NCBI GenBank assembly: GCA_963701665.1
Contig: OY969622.1
Span: 1,024,001-1,088,000, forward strand
Direction of reading: 5' to 3'
DNA: 64,000 nucleotides
Origin: Candidatus Babeliales bacterium
GTDB lineage: Bacteria > Babelota > Babeliae > Babelales > JANWKD01
Part shown: positions 49,296 to 59,372 of the stretch, one piece after another
How the letters are laid out: each line of letters opens with the position of its first letter
Numbering within the stretch: position 1 is the stretch's first letter
Position numbers and translations under genes: made by a program
The notes under the pieces: model-generated
Seen by the model: the letters and a program-made list of their open reading frames with translations, nothing else
What the model was told of the DNA's origin: nothing
The model's database searches: none

Positions 49296-50159
49296 ATGAA
49301 AAATAGTTTTTTTATAAATAGTATTGTTGTAATTGGCACAACATTGATACTTTTGCCACTGAGTGGCATGCAAGAGAAAACTGGTCCATCTGAATACACA
49401 CGATTCAGCACTCTCAAAAGAAAATGTCTCAATATCGTTATAAAGCAAACGCTTACAAAAGATACTCCTTTATCTCCAGACATTATTGAAGGCCTTCAGG
49501 CATTTAAAAAATTACATTCACCGCAAGATAATTATTTAATCAAAGCAATTAAAAACTTATTCTCCTCTCCTATTGGCTCTTTAAGCAATGATATTAGATC
49601 CGCATTTCAATTGTATGCACCGCCTACTCTGAAAGAAAAAGTAGAACGTATTAATAAAAAAAAAATAAAAAGATTTGATGAGCTCACCGCGCAGGACACC
49701 AATGAACCAAATGAAGTTGTTCCAAAAGCGCTCAATATCTTTGATAGCCTCGCGTGGATTCTTAACAATCATTGCCATAATGATCTCGACACGGGACTTA
49801 TTCAGCTAAGTCGCTATAGAGAGTGTAGCAAGAGAAAAGTTCTTTGCGGTATGTTGCTTTCACTTGGAGCAAATGTAAATTACTATGGTACTGCTAATCC
49901 CAACATTCGTGAAACGACACCACTTGTTACAGCAGTCATTCACAAAAAGCATAAACTTATAGAAATGTTTTTAAAGAATGACGCTAATCCAAACCAACGA
50001 GAAAAATATGGCGATACTCCTTATACCCTCGTAAAGGGATGGGAATATCCTGATTTAAAACTTTTAATGTTACTTGAACACTATGGCGCGGTTGATACAC
50101 CGCCCTGTAAAAATAATCATGCACCTTCGGAGAAATGTTCTCTGTGTATTTTGCAATAG
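49296..50159 (+). CDS. Secreted-type ankyrin-repeat protein with a BC-box-like motif
   Basis: LSG|MQE, TLKRKCLNIV, LLSLGANVN..TPLVTAV, DANPN..YGDTP; ends CILQ. Confidence 0.8.
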   Translation: MKNSFFINSIVVIGTTLILLPLSGMQEKTGPSEYTRFSTLKRKCLNIVIKQTLTKDTPLSPDIIEGLQAFKKLHSPQDNYLIKAIKNLFSSPIGSLSNDIRSAFQLYAPPTLKEKVERINKKKIKRFDELTAQDTNEPNEVVPKALNIFDSLAWILNNHCHNDLDTGLIQLSRYRECSKRKVLCGMLLSLGANVNYYGTANPNIRETTPLVTAVIHKKHKLIEMFLKNDANPNQREKYGDTPYTLVKGWEYPDLKLLMLLEHYGAVDTPPCKNNHAPSEKCSLCILQ

Positions 50160-50225
50160 CATGACTTGGCGATACAAGATCATATTTTTTAATCTTTTAA
50201 AAAGTTTTATCACAAAAGGATTCAC

Positions 50226-50990
50226 ATGAAAAAAATAATAAGCCTATGCATATTCTTATGTGGCATAACAGCATTCGCAGTAGAAAATGAACTTCACACC
50301 TTATCTCAATCATTAGACGCTCTTGCTCAAAAGCTCTCAGGACAAGACATACCTAAGAAACGAGCTGAGGCAGTAAATTATGATACTTTTAAAGTCAATA
50401 CTATTACTATTCATTTGCTACAAGGTGATATTACAAAATTACAAAGTGAAAATGGCATTACCGTTGACGCAATCGTCAATGCTGCTAATAAGGAGTTGGG
50501 ACGCGGAAGTGGCGTCTGCGGTTCTATTTTTAAAGCTGCTGACATCAAGAGACAAGATTTTTTAACGCGTGAAATTGGAAACAGATATCCGCATGGTGTT
50601 GAACCTGGTGATGCAGTAATTACTGAAAGCTATGGCTTAAAATCTGAAGGCATCCAAAATATTATTCATGCTGTTGGGCCAATTTATAAAGATTATAAGA
50701 ATAAAAAGGAAGCCGCAACAGTATTAAGCAATGCCTATTCTACCAGTATGGATATTGCGGAAATAAATAATCTTACCTCAATTGCCTTTCCTTTTATTAG
50801 CAGCGCAATTTATGGCTATCCAAAACCTGAAGCAGCTAGAGTTGCCCTAGATACAATTATTGAGTACGCTCAAAATAATAAACGATCGCCAGTACACGAT
50901 GTATATTTTGTACTTTTCAGCACTGAAGATTTAAATATTTTTAAAACTGAGCTGAGCAAGATTATTAAAGCTAAGTTCCAGCTTAAATAA
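50226..50990 (+). CDS. Signal-peptide-bearing macrodomain protein
   Basis: QGDIT, DAIVNAAN..LGRGSGVCGSIF, IIHAVGP, SIAFPFISSAIYGYP. Confidence 0.9.
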   Translation: MKKIISLCIFLCGITAFAVENELHTLSQSLDALAQKLSGQDIPKKRAEAVNYDTFKVNTITIHLLQGDITKLQSENGITVDAIVNAANKELGRGSGVCGSIFKAADIKRQDFLTREIGNRYPHGVEPGDAVITESYGLKSEGIQNIIHAVGPIYKDYKNKKEAATVLSNAYSTSMDIAEINNLTSIAFPFISSAIYGYPKPEAARVALDTIIEYAQNNKRSPVHDVYFVLFSTEDLNIFKTELSKIIKAKFQLK

Positions 50991-51058
50991 ATAAATTCTT
51001 TTGATATCAGACCATTGTTTTTGGTAAGCTTCATAAAAACCTAATGTGTGAGGATTTT

Positions 51059-51727
51059 ATGAATATCAATAATAAAATTAAAATTTTTACTGTATTGCTA
51101 TTGTATTTGAGCGCTTTTTCACTACATTGCAAAAAAGCTAAAGAACTTATTGAAGTTGCAGAAAAAAAAGAAAAAAGTAATAACTCGCACGAAAACATCG
51201 TAGTAGTGCAATCAAATGCACAAGAAAAATCAACACCGGCAAAACCTTCCGCATGTATCAAAATCCCCGTTGTCGTTGCTCAGAATGATCCCGAGAAAAC
51301 ATCAGAGAAGTCTGATCCCTCCATTAAGGTAACGCATCTTGATGCAAAAAAAGAAGAAAAAAAATCTCCACGAACGATCGACGTTTGTAATGGCATTACC
51401 AAAAATATGATTACCTACCATTATCTTGGTGAACGAGTGCCGACTCAATTTTCAGTCAGTTTTAATAATCATCCGGTGATCAAACTGCAAGATGAAAAAA
51501 TTTGTACCCTCGATACATCGAGCATCGCCATGAATCAAGATGATACCTTACAAGTAACCTTCAGCTATCAGTTTGATGTTAAAGGGATTGTCTACCACAA
51601 GGGCACTAAAGAAATTACCTACAAAGTACCTACGAATCTTAAAGAGATTACTCCTACCTTTGATTGGAAGAAACCTGAAAAAGTGATAATTGCTCAGGCT
51701 GAATTAGTTACTTTTCGAGATATCTAA
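51059..51727 (+). CDS. Exported hypothetical protein (possible lipoprotein)
   Basis: Hydrophobic N-segment ending SLHC, charged linker, beta-rich C-terminal domain. Confidence 0.65.
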   Translation: MNINNKIKIFTVLLLYLSAFSLHCKKAKELIEVAEKKEKSNNSHENIVVVQSNAQEKSTPAKPSACIKIPVVVAQNDPEKTSEKSDPSIKVTHLDAKKEEKKSPRTIDVCNGITKNMITYHYLGERVPTQFSVSFNNHPVIKLQDEKICTLDTSSIAMNQDDTLQVTFSYQFDVKGIVYHKGTKEITYKVPTNLKEITPTFDWKKPEKVIIAQAELVTFRDI

Positions 51728-51832
51728 AGATTGTTCAATTGCTTCTTGAAAAAAATCTTATATTCTTAGAATGAGAATGTCAGTGAACCAAAATTTCTCC
51801 CAAAGGGGAAAATAAACATTGAAAACAGAATT

Positions 51833-52030
51833 GTCATTGCGAGCCCTTGTTAAAGGGCGTGGCAACCCAGCTTATAGAATTAACTCCTTAAAGGAATTAA
51901 TTAAAGTTCTGGATCCCCACGTTCCGCCTTCGCTTATCCATGTCTTCCGACTTGGCAAGCTACGTCGAACAGGCGCTTCGTTGCGGATCCTGCGAAGCCT
52001 TGGCGAAGAAGGACCGCTCCTCGGGAAGAC
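51833..52030. repeat. Palindromic repeat, copy 6, with a ~100-bp nested hairpin insert
   Basis: GTCATTGCGAG...GGATCCCCACG-[CCGCCTTCGCT...AAGCTACGTCGAACAGG...TCCTGCGAAGCCTTGGCGAAGAAGGA]-CTCGGGAAGAC. Confidence 0.85.
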
Positions 52031-52100
52031 ACGGGGTTTGGTGTAAGCCTATTAAGGTCGAGGTCATATATATGCCAATTTTCATTTTTGAGAAAAAATT

Positions 52101-52874
52101 ATGTATCCAAAAATAATGCATCTCTTTGGTCCTATCTATATTAATAGCTATGGCACTATGATTGCGTGTGCGATCGGTATTTTTACATGGTTTGTCACAC
52201 GAGATCCCCGTAGAGCAAAAATTATATCAACAGAGCAACTCCATTGGGTGCTAATTATTGGCATAATCAGCGCTATACTTGGTGGCCGCATACTCTATTT
52301 TTTAATTGATGGTACGTATAGCATCCAAGATTTTTTTTCCTTTTGGCATGGCGGTTTTGCGGTGCTCGGGTCATTGATCGGCGTCCTCTGTGTTGCGCCA
52401 TGGTATTTAAAAAGAAATGGTATCGCTTTACTACCTTTTTTAGATTTAATCGCAATCTATGCTCCATTATTACAAAGTATTTCACGCATAGGATGTTTCC
52501 TTGCCGGTTGTTGTTATGGAAAACCAACGAGCGTTGCATGGGCGGTTACCTATTATCATGAAGCATGTACCGCGCCATTACATATCCCATTACATCCAAC
52601 GCAGCTGTATAGTGCACTACTATTGTTCGGTATTTTTTGTCTTCTAAAATTTCTTCTTGCACCAATCTGCAAAAAGAACGGGCAACTGGTGAGCTTATAT
52701 ATTCTTTTCATGGCAACTGAACGATATATCACCGATCTCTTTCGAGGTGATCAATCATTCGGTATCGGTTTCTTTGGTTCCCCTTATCAACTACTTGCAT
52801 GTTTTCTTATGTTCAGTGCCGCAGTCTACTTTTATTTCATCACGTTCCGGCCTTCTTCAAGCGTACGCTCATGA
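52101..52874 (+). CDS. lgt: Prolipoprotein diacylglyceryl transferase
   Basis: SYG.MI, GGRILY, SRIGCFLAGCCYG, LHPTQLY, ERY..D.FRGD. Confidence 0.94.
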   Translation: MYPKIMHLFGPIYINSYGTMIACAIGIFTWFVTRDPRRAKIISTEQLHWVLIIGIISAILGGRILYFLIDGTYSIQDFFSFWHGGFAVLGSLIGVLCVAPWYLKRNGIALLPFLDLIAIYAPLLQSISRIGCFLAGCCYGKPTSVAWAVTYYHEACTAPLHIPLHPTQLYSALLLFGIFCLLKFLLAPICKKNGQLVSLYILFMATERYITDLFRGDQSFGIGFFGSPYQLLACFLMFSAAVYFYFITFRPSSSVRS

Positions 52875-54664
52875 GCCTCTTTAAATTTGTAAAAAGCAAT
52901 GTTGCCATCCTAGAAGTTGTCAGTGCTTATACAACGCTCAAACAAGCGGGCCATTATTGGAAAGGCTGCTGCCCACTGCACACAGAAAAAACGGCCTCGT
53001 TCACGGTAAGCCCGAATCGTAATATTTTTTACTGCTTTGGATGTCACATTGGTGGTGATGCTATCGCATTTATTGAAAAAGTGGAAAATTGCTCCGCGCT
53101 GCAAGCTTCAGAATATCTTATTGATCGGTTTTCTTTAACCGTACCTGAAGAATTGCGCTCAAAAGATCGCCAGCACAAAACGAGTGCACACACCGATGAA
53201 AAAAAACAGTACTGGGATTTGTGTGCGCACACGGCCGCGTGGTGCCACAATCAGCTCATGCGCTCGCCTCATATTCTGGAATATCTCGCTCACCGAGGGA
53301 TAGAAAAAAATATGATCGCTCATTTCATGCTCGGTTTCTTTCCGAGTGGCCAATATGCACTCAAGTCACTCGTTGATTATGCCAAAACGCAGAATTATTT
53401 ACTTGATGATCTTCTTACTGCTAACATTGTTGGCGTAACTAAAGGCACTATTTTTTCTTCATTAGAGGATCGTATCGTTTTTCCCATAAAAGATCATCTT
53501 AGTCGCCATTGTGGATTTGGGGGGAGAATTTTCAAACCGCAGGATACCCGCCCCAAATATTATAATTCCAAGGAAAATCCCTATTTTTCAAAAGGGTCCT
53601 TGCTCTTTGGCCTTGAACTTGCCAAAAAACATATTCAGCAAAGTAACAGCGCTTTCTTAGTAGAAGGCTATATCGATTGTATCGCCATGGTGCAACACGG
53701 CTTTCCCAACACGGTGGCAACCCTTGGTACTGCTTGTAATTTAGAACATTTGAAAGTCCTTTCACGCTATTGCCAAGTCCTCTATGTTCTGTTTGATGGT
53801 GATATAGCAGGCCAAAAAGCCATGCTCCGCCTTACTGATTTTGCCTGGCAGGTCAATATTGATCTTAAAATCGTTCGATTGCCTATAGGGGAAGATCCTG
53901 CCTCACTGTTGGCAAAAAAAGGCGACCTACACTCCCTTGTGAGCCAAGCTCAGGACATCTTTATGTTCTATATTCAGCACTTAGGACAGGACTTTTATCA
54001 AAAAACCTTACAAGACAAGATGCAGAGCACTAAAAATTTACTCTCGCTAGTGGCCCATCTAGAACCGCTCAAACAGGATTTTTTATTACAGACTGCATCG
54101 AAAGCGTTTGCTATACCCTGTACCACGCTCAAAACTGAGCTAGCACGCTTAAGCCACAAAGTTGAACCGGCGCCAACCCAGGATACGCCGGCGCAAACAG
54201 CTCCAAAAGCTGAGTCAATTTCCCTGAAAAGAATATCTGATTTGGAAAAAAAATTATTTTCTGTTATAGTAAATAACATAATGGAGTTACCGGCACCTAT
54301 AGATCACACCATTATTGAGTCTTTTAGTTCACCTTTACAGGAAATTCTTACGATCTTGCTTGAGAAAAAAGAAGAAGCTGCACCCTTTGATTTTGCTGAG
54401 TTTTTTGAACGTTTAACACCAGCCCAGGGGGAGCTTACCAATAAAATTTTATTCACGTATCAAACCTATGATGATACGCAAAGTTTTATGCAGCTTTTTG
54501 AGCATTTTGCCAAAAGCCAATGGAAAGCGAGGGTGAATATGCTTAAACTAAACCTCGCAAAAGCACATAAAGAAGGTAACGAGCAGAAAGTAAAAAAATT
54601 ATTAGAAGATTTCCAACATCTCAAACGTACGTTAACTAGGGGTACACATGAGCAAAAAAATTAA
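52871..54664 (+). CDS. dnaG: DNA primase
   Basis: CPLH.EKTASF..FYCFGC zinc finger, FGGR..PKYYNS, VEGYID, ATLGTA, FDGDIAG Toprim motifs. Confidence 0.97.
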   Translation: MSLFKFVKSNVAILEVVSAYTTLKQAGHYWKGCCPLHTEKTASFTVSPNRNIFYCFGCHIGGDAIAFIEKVENCSALQASEYLIDRFSLTVPEELRSKDRQHKTSAHTDEKKQYWDLCAHTAAWCHNQLMRSPHILEYLAHRGIEKNMIAHFMLGFFPSGQYALKSLVDYAKTQNYLLDDLLTANIVGVTKGTIFSSLEDRIVFPIKDHLSRHCGFGGRIFKPQDTRPKYYNSKENPYFSKGSLLFGLELAKKHIQQSNSAFLVEGYIDCIAMVQHGFPNTVATLGTACNLEHLKVLSRYCQVLYVLFDGDIAGQKAMLRLTDFAWQVNIDLKIVRLPIGEDPASLLAKKGDLHSLVSQAQDIFMFYIQHLGQDFYQKTLQDKMQSTKNLLSLVAHLEPLKQDFLLQTASKAFAIPCTTLKTELARLSHKVEPAPTQDTPAQTAPKAESISLKRISDLEKKLFSVIVNNIMELPAPIDHTIIESFSSPLQEILTILLEKKEEAAPFDFAEFFERLTPAQGELTNKILFTYQTYDDTQSFMQLFEHFAKSQWKARVNMLKLNLAKAHKEGNEQKVKKLLEDFQHLKRTLTRGTHEQKN

Positions 54665-56827
54665 ATCAAAAAAAGTAAAAGTAGCATCGAAAAAAGCTGT
54701 AGCAAGAAAAACAGTAGCAAAAAAAGCAGCGTCGAAAAAAGTAGCATCAAAAAAAACAAGCGCAGCCCGTTCAAAAGCGAGTATAAAGAGCCGCCCAAAA
54801 AAAGTCAGCCCAAAGAGCAGTGCAAAGAGTAGCGCAACAGCTAGTCCAAAAACCACGCTAAAAGGCAAAGCAAAAGATATTGATACTCGCAAAAAATTAG
54901 CACCGAAAAAAAAGATCGTAGCGCCGAAACCTACCGCGCAACAAGCGCATGAAGAGGAAGAAACACTCAACCCTGTCGTAGGGGAAGCGCTCGGTGTAAA
55001 ATCTGAATTTAAAAAGGGTCTTATAGAACCACTCATTGCCAAAGGTAAAAAGAGTGGATTTTTGACCTATGAAGAAGTCATGGAATTTAGTCATAAATTC
55101 CAATTGACTGATGTAGAAACAAATAATCTGATGCGCGTTTTTGATAAAGAGCATATTGAACTTCTCATGCAAGAAGAGCTTGAAGCAAACTCGCCTGATA
55201 TTGATGGTTTTGAAAAAGATGATGAGCCACTTAAAGGTAAAAATCTTAAAGAAAAACTTGAAAATTCTTTAGATATTGAAGCTGATGAAGAACTTGTCGA
55301 AGAAGAAGACGAAGCTGACAGCGATGAAGATAGAACGGCAGCAATTCGAGAAGCTGCAAGTTCTGCACAAATTGCCGACGGTGTTAAATGTTATTTGCGC
55401 GACATTGGTAAAATTCCTCTTTTAAATAAAAAAACAGAATCAATTATTGCCGAACAGATCGCATCAGGTAAACGCGAGTCAATTGAAGCTATTTCACAAT
55501 TTCCATTTATCCATAAAGAATTTGTGTCAATTGGCGAACGTATCCAAAAAGGCACCCTTCCTTTAAAGGATGTCATTCAGTTCTCTGAATTTGATCAGGA
55601 AAATTTGCCAAAAGTGCAAGAAGAAAAAGATGCTCTTCTAGCCACCATCCAAAAAATCAAAGACTTAATTGGCAATGAAGAAAAAATTTATCGCCACTAC
55701 CGCGGCAATCTCGATACTGATGCAAAAAAGAAAGAGATGCTTGATAAGGTCAAAGAGAACAAAAAGCTCATTGCCCAAACAATTCAATCAATCAAAGTTG
55801 CCAACAAATTGATCAAAAAGCTTGGCAATAGAATTGAAAAAGCTGTTTTAAAGATTCAAGAAAAACTGACCATCATCAAAGAGAACGAAGAAAAACTCGC
55901 CTATTTTAAACAAGCAAAAAACGTTGATCCGCTTGAAAAAGAAGAGTGCGAAAAAAATATTCGTGGCGCCTACAAAGCTATTAAAAAAATTGAAGGCGAA
56001 ATGGGCCTTCCTCAATCGCTCATCTTCAAATATTATGCACAACTTAGACATGGCCAAGATAAAGATAAACGTGCCAAAGATGATCTTGCCAAAGCAAACT
56101 TGCGTCTTGTGGTTAATATTGCCAAAAAATATATTAACCGCGGGTTACATTTCCTTGATTTAATTCAAGAAGGTAACTATTGGTCTTAATGAAAGCAGTT
56201 GAAAAGTTTGAATTTGAACGAGGGTATAAATTTTCGACCTATGCAACCTGGTGGATTCGTCAAGCCATAACTCGTGCAATTGCCGATCAATCACGTACAA
56301 TTCGCGTGCCAGTGCACATGGTTGAAACGCTTAATAAAATTAACAAAATTAAGCGTACGTTTATCCAAGAACATGGTCGCGAGCCAAGTCATGCTGAATT
56401 TGCAAAAGAGCTTAATATTGATGAGAAAAAGATCAAAAATATTATCAAAATCTCTAAAGAACCAATTTCTCTTGAAACACCCGTTGGTGATAGCGAAGAT
56501 GCATTCATTAAAGATTTCATTGAAAATGAAGATGAATTTTCACCCGCTGACACGGTAAGCAGCAATGATTTGAAAGAACGCGTGCGTGAAGTTCTTAAAA
56601 CATTGACGCCGCGTGAAGAAAAAGTGTTAAAAATGAGATTTGGGATTGATGTTGCTTCTGAGCATACCCTTGAAGAAGTTGGTAAGGATTTTTCTGTTAC
56701 TCGTGAACGTATTCGTCAAATTGAAGTGAAAGCATTACGTAAATTACGACATCCTTCCCGCAGTAAAAAATTAGAATCGTTTTTTGATAAAGAATTTGAT
56801 ACGATTGCTAATGACTCGATCGAATAA
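54648..56827 (+). CDS. rpoD: RNA polymerase sigma factor RpoD, interrupted by a frameshift at ~56178-56188
   Basis: First ORF: region 1.1, [27 protein letters not shown]. Second [43 protein letters not shown]. Follows dnaG. Confidence 0.95.
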
Positions 56828-56862
56828 TAGAGACTCGTTTAAAAAAGGATATTTAAGGAACA

Positions 56863-58170
56863 ATGGAACCAGATCAAGTTAGTTTGTTGTATGGAGAATT
56901 TGCGCTCTTTTTTCTCTCACTTCTTGGTTGTGCTCTTTTTTCATTTATTGAAACAAGTATTACCGCGCTCCGTCTTTTTAAATTAAAAGAAATTGCCACC
57001 GGAACGACACGATACGCAGCACTGCTTGATACCCTCGAAAATAATCCTCATCAAGTACTGGTCACCATTCTGATTGCTAACTGCCTAGCCAATGTAACGG
57101 CAGCTGCGTTGATTACCAACATCATGGAACGAGTGTTTGCCTCGCTGAAGTTATCGACAAGCTTAGGGTTCTCATTAGGCATCGGTATTGGTACGTTTCT
57201 TATTTTAGTAATCGGTGAAGTGGTGCCTAAAAATGTTGCAAAAGTACATGGTGAAAAGCTATTCAAATCAGTATTATGGGTCACTAATATTACCTATTTT
57301 GTCATGTATCCTTTTGTCAGTCTGCTCATCCACATTTCAAATTTCTTTGTCAGATTCATTGGCGGTTCAAGTGAGTCAACTGAAGCCGTTACTTCTGAGC
57401 GTGAGATACGATTCTTAATCGATTACATTAACAAAAAAGGTCTCATAGAAACAGAAAAGACTGAGATGCTCCAAAGTATTTTTAACTTTGGCAGCAAGGA
57501 AGTGCGGGAAATTATGGTACCCGCCGTTGATATCATTATGATTAATGCAACGGCAAGCATTCCTGATGCACTCGCCATGTTTTCAAAATATCAGTTTTCT
57601 CGTTTGCCTGTGTATGAAGAAAACCAAGAAAATATTATTGGTATGTTATATCAAAAGGATATTTTTGCCCTTCTTTCACATGATCATCATAAATCACTGC
57701 ATGATCTTGTGCGACCGATTCTTTTTGTGCCCGAAAGCATGAAAATCAATCAGTTGCTACGCAAATTCAGGCAACAACGCATGCATATGGCCATTGTTAT
57801 TAATGAATATGGTAGCATCACGGGCCTTGTAAGTCTTGAAGATGTTCTTGAAGAAATTGTTGGTGAAATTAGCGATGAATATGAAGAAGTAACTGAAAAA
57901 GTTATTCCTTTACAAGAAGGCGGTTGGCTTGTCGATGCTTCCGTTGATTTAAAAAGTTTATCAGAACTCCTTGATATTACTTTTAGCACCAACGCAGTAA
58001 CCTTGGGCGGATTTTTAACGGAACAGTTGCAACATTTACCCAACAAAGGCGAGCGCATTTTATATAAGCATTATTATTTTCAAGTGCATAAGGCGAGCCA
58101 CAAACGTATTTTACAAGTTTTGATCTTTCACGATTCTCTTCCTGAACCCACGTTAATTTCACAAGAATAA
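56863..58170 (+). CDS. CNNM/HlyC-CorC family protein (DUF21 + CBS pair + CorC domain)
   Basis: FSFIETSI, GEVVPK, VREIMVP, SRLPVY, HMAIVINEYG..GLVSLEDVLEEIVGEI.DE. Confidence 0.93.
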   Translation: MEPDQVSLLYGEFALFFLSLLGCALFSFIETSITALRLFKLKEIATGTTRYAALLDTLENNPHQVLVTILIANCLANVTAAALITNIMERVFASLKLSTSLGFSLGIGIGTFLILVIGEVVPKNVAKVHGEKLFKSVLWVTNITYFVMYPFVSLLIHISNFFVRFIGGSSESTEAVTSEREIRFLIDYINKKGLIETEKTEMLQSIFNFGSKEVREIMVPAVDIIMINATASIPDALAMFSKYQFSRLPVYEENQENIIGMLYQKDIFALLSHDHHKSLHDLVRPILFVPESMKINQLLRKFRQQRMHMAIVINEYGSITGLVSLEDVLEEIVGEISDEYEEVTEKVIPLQEGGWLVDASVDLKSLSELLDITFSTNAVTLGGFLTEQLQHLPNKGERILYKHYYFQVHKASHKRILQVLIFHDSLPEPTLISQE

Positions 58171-58223
58171 TCACAGCATCTTCCTTGACTTAGCAAATAT
58201 CAAGTTTCTAAGATTAATTTAAA

Positions 58224-58412
58224 TAACGCCAAACGCAATCTAGCTATTCCGCAGGAAATGCGTATTAAAAACAAAGTTGTCATTGCGAGCGCATGCGTGG
58301 CAATCCAATTATAAAATTAGTTCCTTTAAGGAATTAATTAAAGTTTGGATCCCCACGGCTAACGCCTCGGGATGACGTCCTTGTTTTATTACGTTTCATC
58401 GCATTAGCGTTA
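58224..58412. mobile_element. Palindromic MITE-like repeat, copy 7 (core 58279-58376)
   Basis: Core as in copy 3. Outer imperfect inverted repeats TAACGCCAAACGCAAT / ATCGCATTAGCGTTA. Confidence 0.8.
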
Positions 58413-58442
58413 AGTTGAAATAATTTATTAGGGAGAGAGTGT

Positions 58443-58808
58443 ATGAAAATTGTTTATATATATATTTTATTGCCATTACTTTTTGGCACAGATGTTATCC
58501 ATGCCGCCAAGAAACCAAAGCAAAACGAACAAAAACCATCAACACAACAAGAAGAGGAATTGAGTGATGAAGCACGCGACGCGATGCTCATCACTTCAGG
58601 CGTGGGCATTTTAACGGCAGTCGCAAGCATTTTAATTGATCGCTACAATATTTCCCATGTTAAATCACAACTCTTTCTTATGCTCGCCGGTATTCAACAA
58701 TTTGTTTCCTATATGGTGCGCTCGCCATTGACGGAAGAACAAAAAGAAAGAATTGTTGAGGAATTAATTGCCTATTTAGAAGAACAGTGGGAACTGAACA
58801 AAATTTAA
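58443..58808 (+). CDS. Hypothetical exported/membrane protein
   Basis: GGGAG SD, signal peptide IHA|AKK, hydrophobic helices. Confidence 0.65.
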   Translation: MKIVYIYILLPLLFGTDVIHAAKKPKQNEQKPSTQQEEELSDEARDAMLITSGVGILTAVASILIDRYNISHVKSQLFLMLAGIQQFVSYMVRSPLTEEQKERIVEELIAYLEEQWELNKI

Positions 58809-58829
58809 TGTTGCCTAAAAAATTTTTCT

Positions 58830-59153
58830 TTATTTATTTTTTCGTTGCTCATATTCTTTTTCTAGGAAGTCAAAATATTCATCAGATATAGGCTCATAGT
58901 GCCAAGGACGTTCTTTCCAACATTTGATATCACCAGCTTTACGTTCTTCGATATCAATTTTACATTTATGAGCCACCATAATTTTAAAGCCATCTACCGG
59001 AAACAAATCCGCACTATACCATATCTCTTTTTTATTTTCCCCTCTGCGAACCGTGCTTATATTTGCTACGTCTAATTTTTGTGGAGCATCCATTGTTTGA
59101 GTATCGGTTATACACACAATGGTAAAAGCAATCATATAATAACGTAACTTCAA
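58830..59153 (-). CDS. Small secreted-type hypothetical protein
   Basis: TTG start with AAAGG upstream; signal peptide TQT|MDA. Confidence 0.55.
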   Translation of the reverse strand: MKLRYYMIAFTIVCITDTQTMDAPQKLDVANISTVRRGENKKEIWYSADLFPVDGFKIMVAHKCKIDIEERKAGDIKCWKERPWHYEPISDEYFDFLEKEYEQRKNK

Positions 59154-59372
59154 AATCTGCCTTTCTTACTAAGATATCCGATTTCATAATGATATTGTTA
59201 TTCTACAACATCAAATTTTCGCAAACTACTTTGCCATAAAAGCACATTTTTGCAATTAAATATCAAAACTCCCCGTGGCGAAATAAAAATAAAAACAATT
59301 ATTCATATTTATTGCAATTAGAAAAGTTAATCTTGTATCATAAAGCTAGATTTACTTTTCTAAGGAAATAGT

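Noticed and set aside
51819..52046. 75-aa ORF upstream of lgt
   Set aside because: It coincides with palindromic repeat copy 6 and is most likely a chance open frame.
54632..55042. Hydrophobic FFDAT-repeat ORF on the minus strand
   Set aside because: Antisense reading of the Lys-rich RpoD N-terminus.
56161..56200. Programmed ribosomal frameshift or split sigma factor
   Set aside because: No slippery sequence or stimulatory structure, and two separate extra bases disrupt an invariant motif, so error is more parsimonious.
5990..58412. CRISPR array
   Set aside because: The repeats are dispersed ~100-bp palindromes without regular repeat-spacer periodicity, and no cas genes are present.
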